NCBI GenBank assembly: GCA_964016885.1
Contig: OZ024740.1
Coordinates: 365,676,001 to 365,740,000 of the forward strand
Reading direction: 5' to 3'
Source: Eledone cirrhosa
Lineage: Eukaryota
DNA: 64,000 nucleotides
Both the position numbers and the translations under genes were made by a program. Below the pieces are notes generated by a model. It did not search any database. It saw only the letters and a program-made list of their open reading frames with translations, and was not told the origin of the DNA. Below are positions 63,641 through 64,000 of this stretch, piece after piece. Positions within the stretch are counted from its first letter, which is position 1, and each line of letters opens with the position of its first letter.

Positions 63641-64000
63641 CATGAGGACCAGAAACAGGAGGTGTTCAAGATTGCGAGGCAGTGTGTCAGAGAGAATTGT
63701 GATGTCATTGGAGAGAAGTGTATCCAGAATGATAAAGGTGAGCTTGCCCTCACAAGTGCTGAGAAGAAAGATGCATGGAAGAGCCATTATGATAGGTTAC
63801 TAAATGAGGAGAATGCATGGGAAGAAGAGACCCTACCCCAAGTAGACCCTATAGAGGGGCCAGTAGTACAAGTCAGCAGCAGCGTAGTAAGTAAGGCAAT
63901 CAAAGATATGAAGATGGGGAAGGCAACCAGTCCATCGGGTATAGCTGCCAAGATGCTGAAGGCATCTGGGTCTGTATGTCACACTATAACCACACGTATT
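63641..64000 (+). mobile_element. RTE-clade LINE internal fragment (linker before RT), runs off the window
   Basis: Manual translation: [21 protein letters not shown]...[16 protein letters not shown]...KAIKDMKMGKA.SPSGI. Confidence 0.8.

Overview
AT-rich, repeat-only eukaryotic window with no recognisable host gene. The repeat style suggests an animal, probably an octopod cephalopod (inference only). Contents: long interrupted (TA)n tracts, a 200-N scaffold gap, and a 26.5-kb tandem satellite (36 monomers of ~693 or ~848 bp, with an ~11.18-kb higher-order duplication). Nested in the (TA)n tracts are three CR1-group LINE copies (one with an intact 1013-aa APE-RT ORF and a CCCH-finger ORF1), two RTE-clade LINE families (one with a PHD-type finger inside the RT region), two GIY-YIG Penelope-like element (PLE) fragments, two tRNA-derived SINE families and a DD37D (maT) transposon pseudogene. 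Three observations stand out. (1) The satellite monomer is homologous to the sequence directly upstream of an RTE ORF at 40.56-40.97 kb. (2) Several unrelated short elements carry minimal hammerhead ribozymes: one canonical, one with a compensated U3-A8 core and one with a large branched stem II. (3) About ten insertions share an inverted (fold-back) copy of their own sequence at one end, usually stopping at an internal TA-rich site that joins flanking (TA)n. All calls were made by eye; no searches were run.
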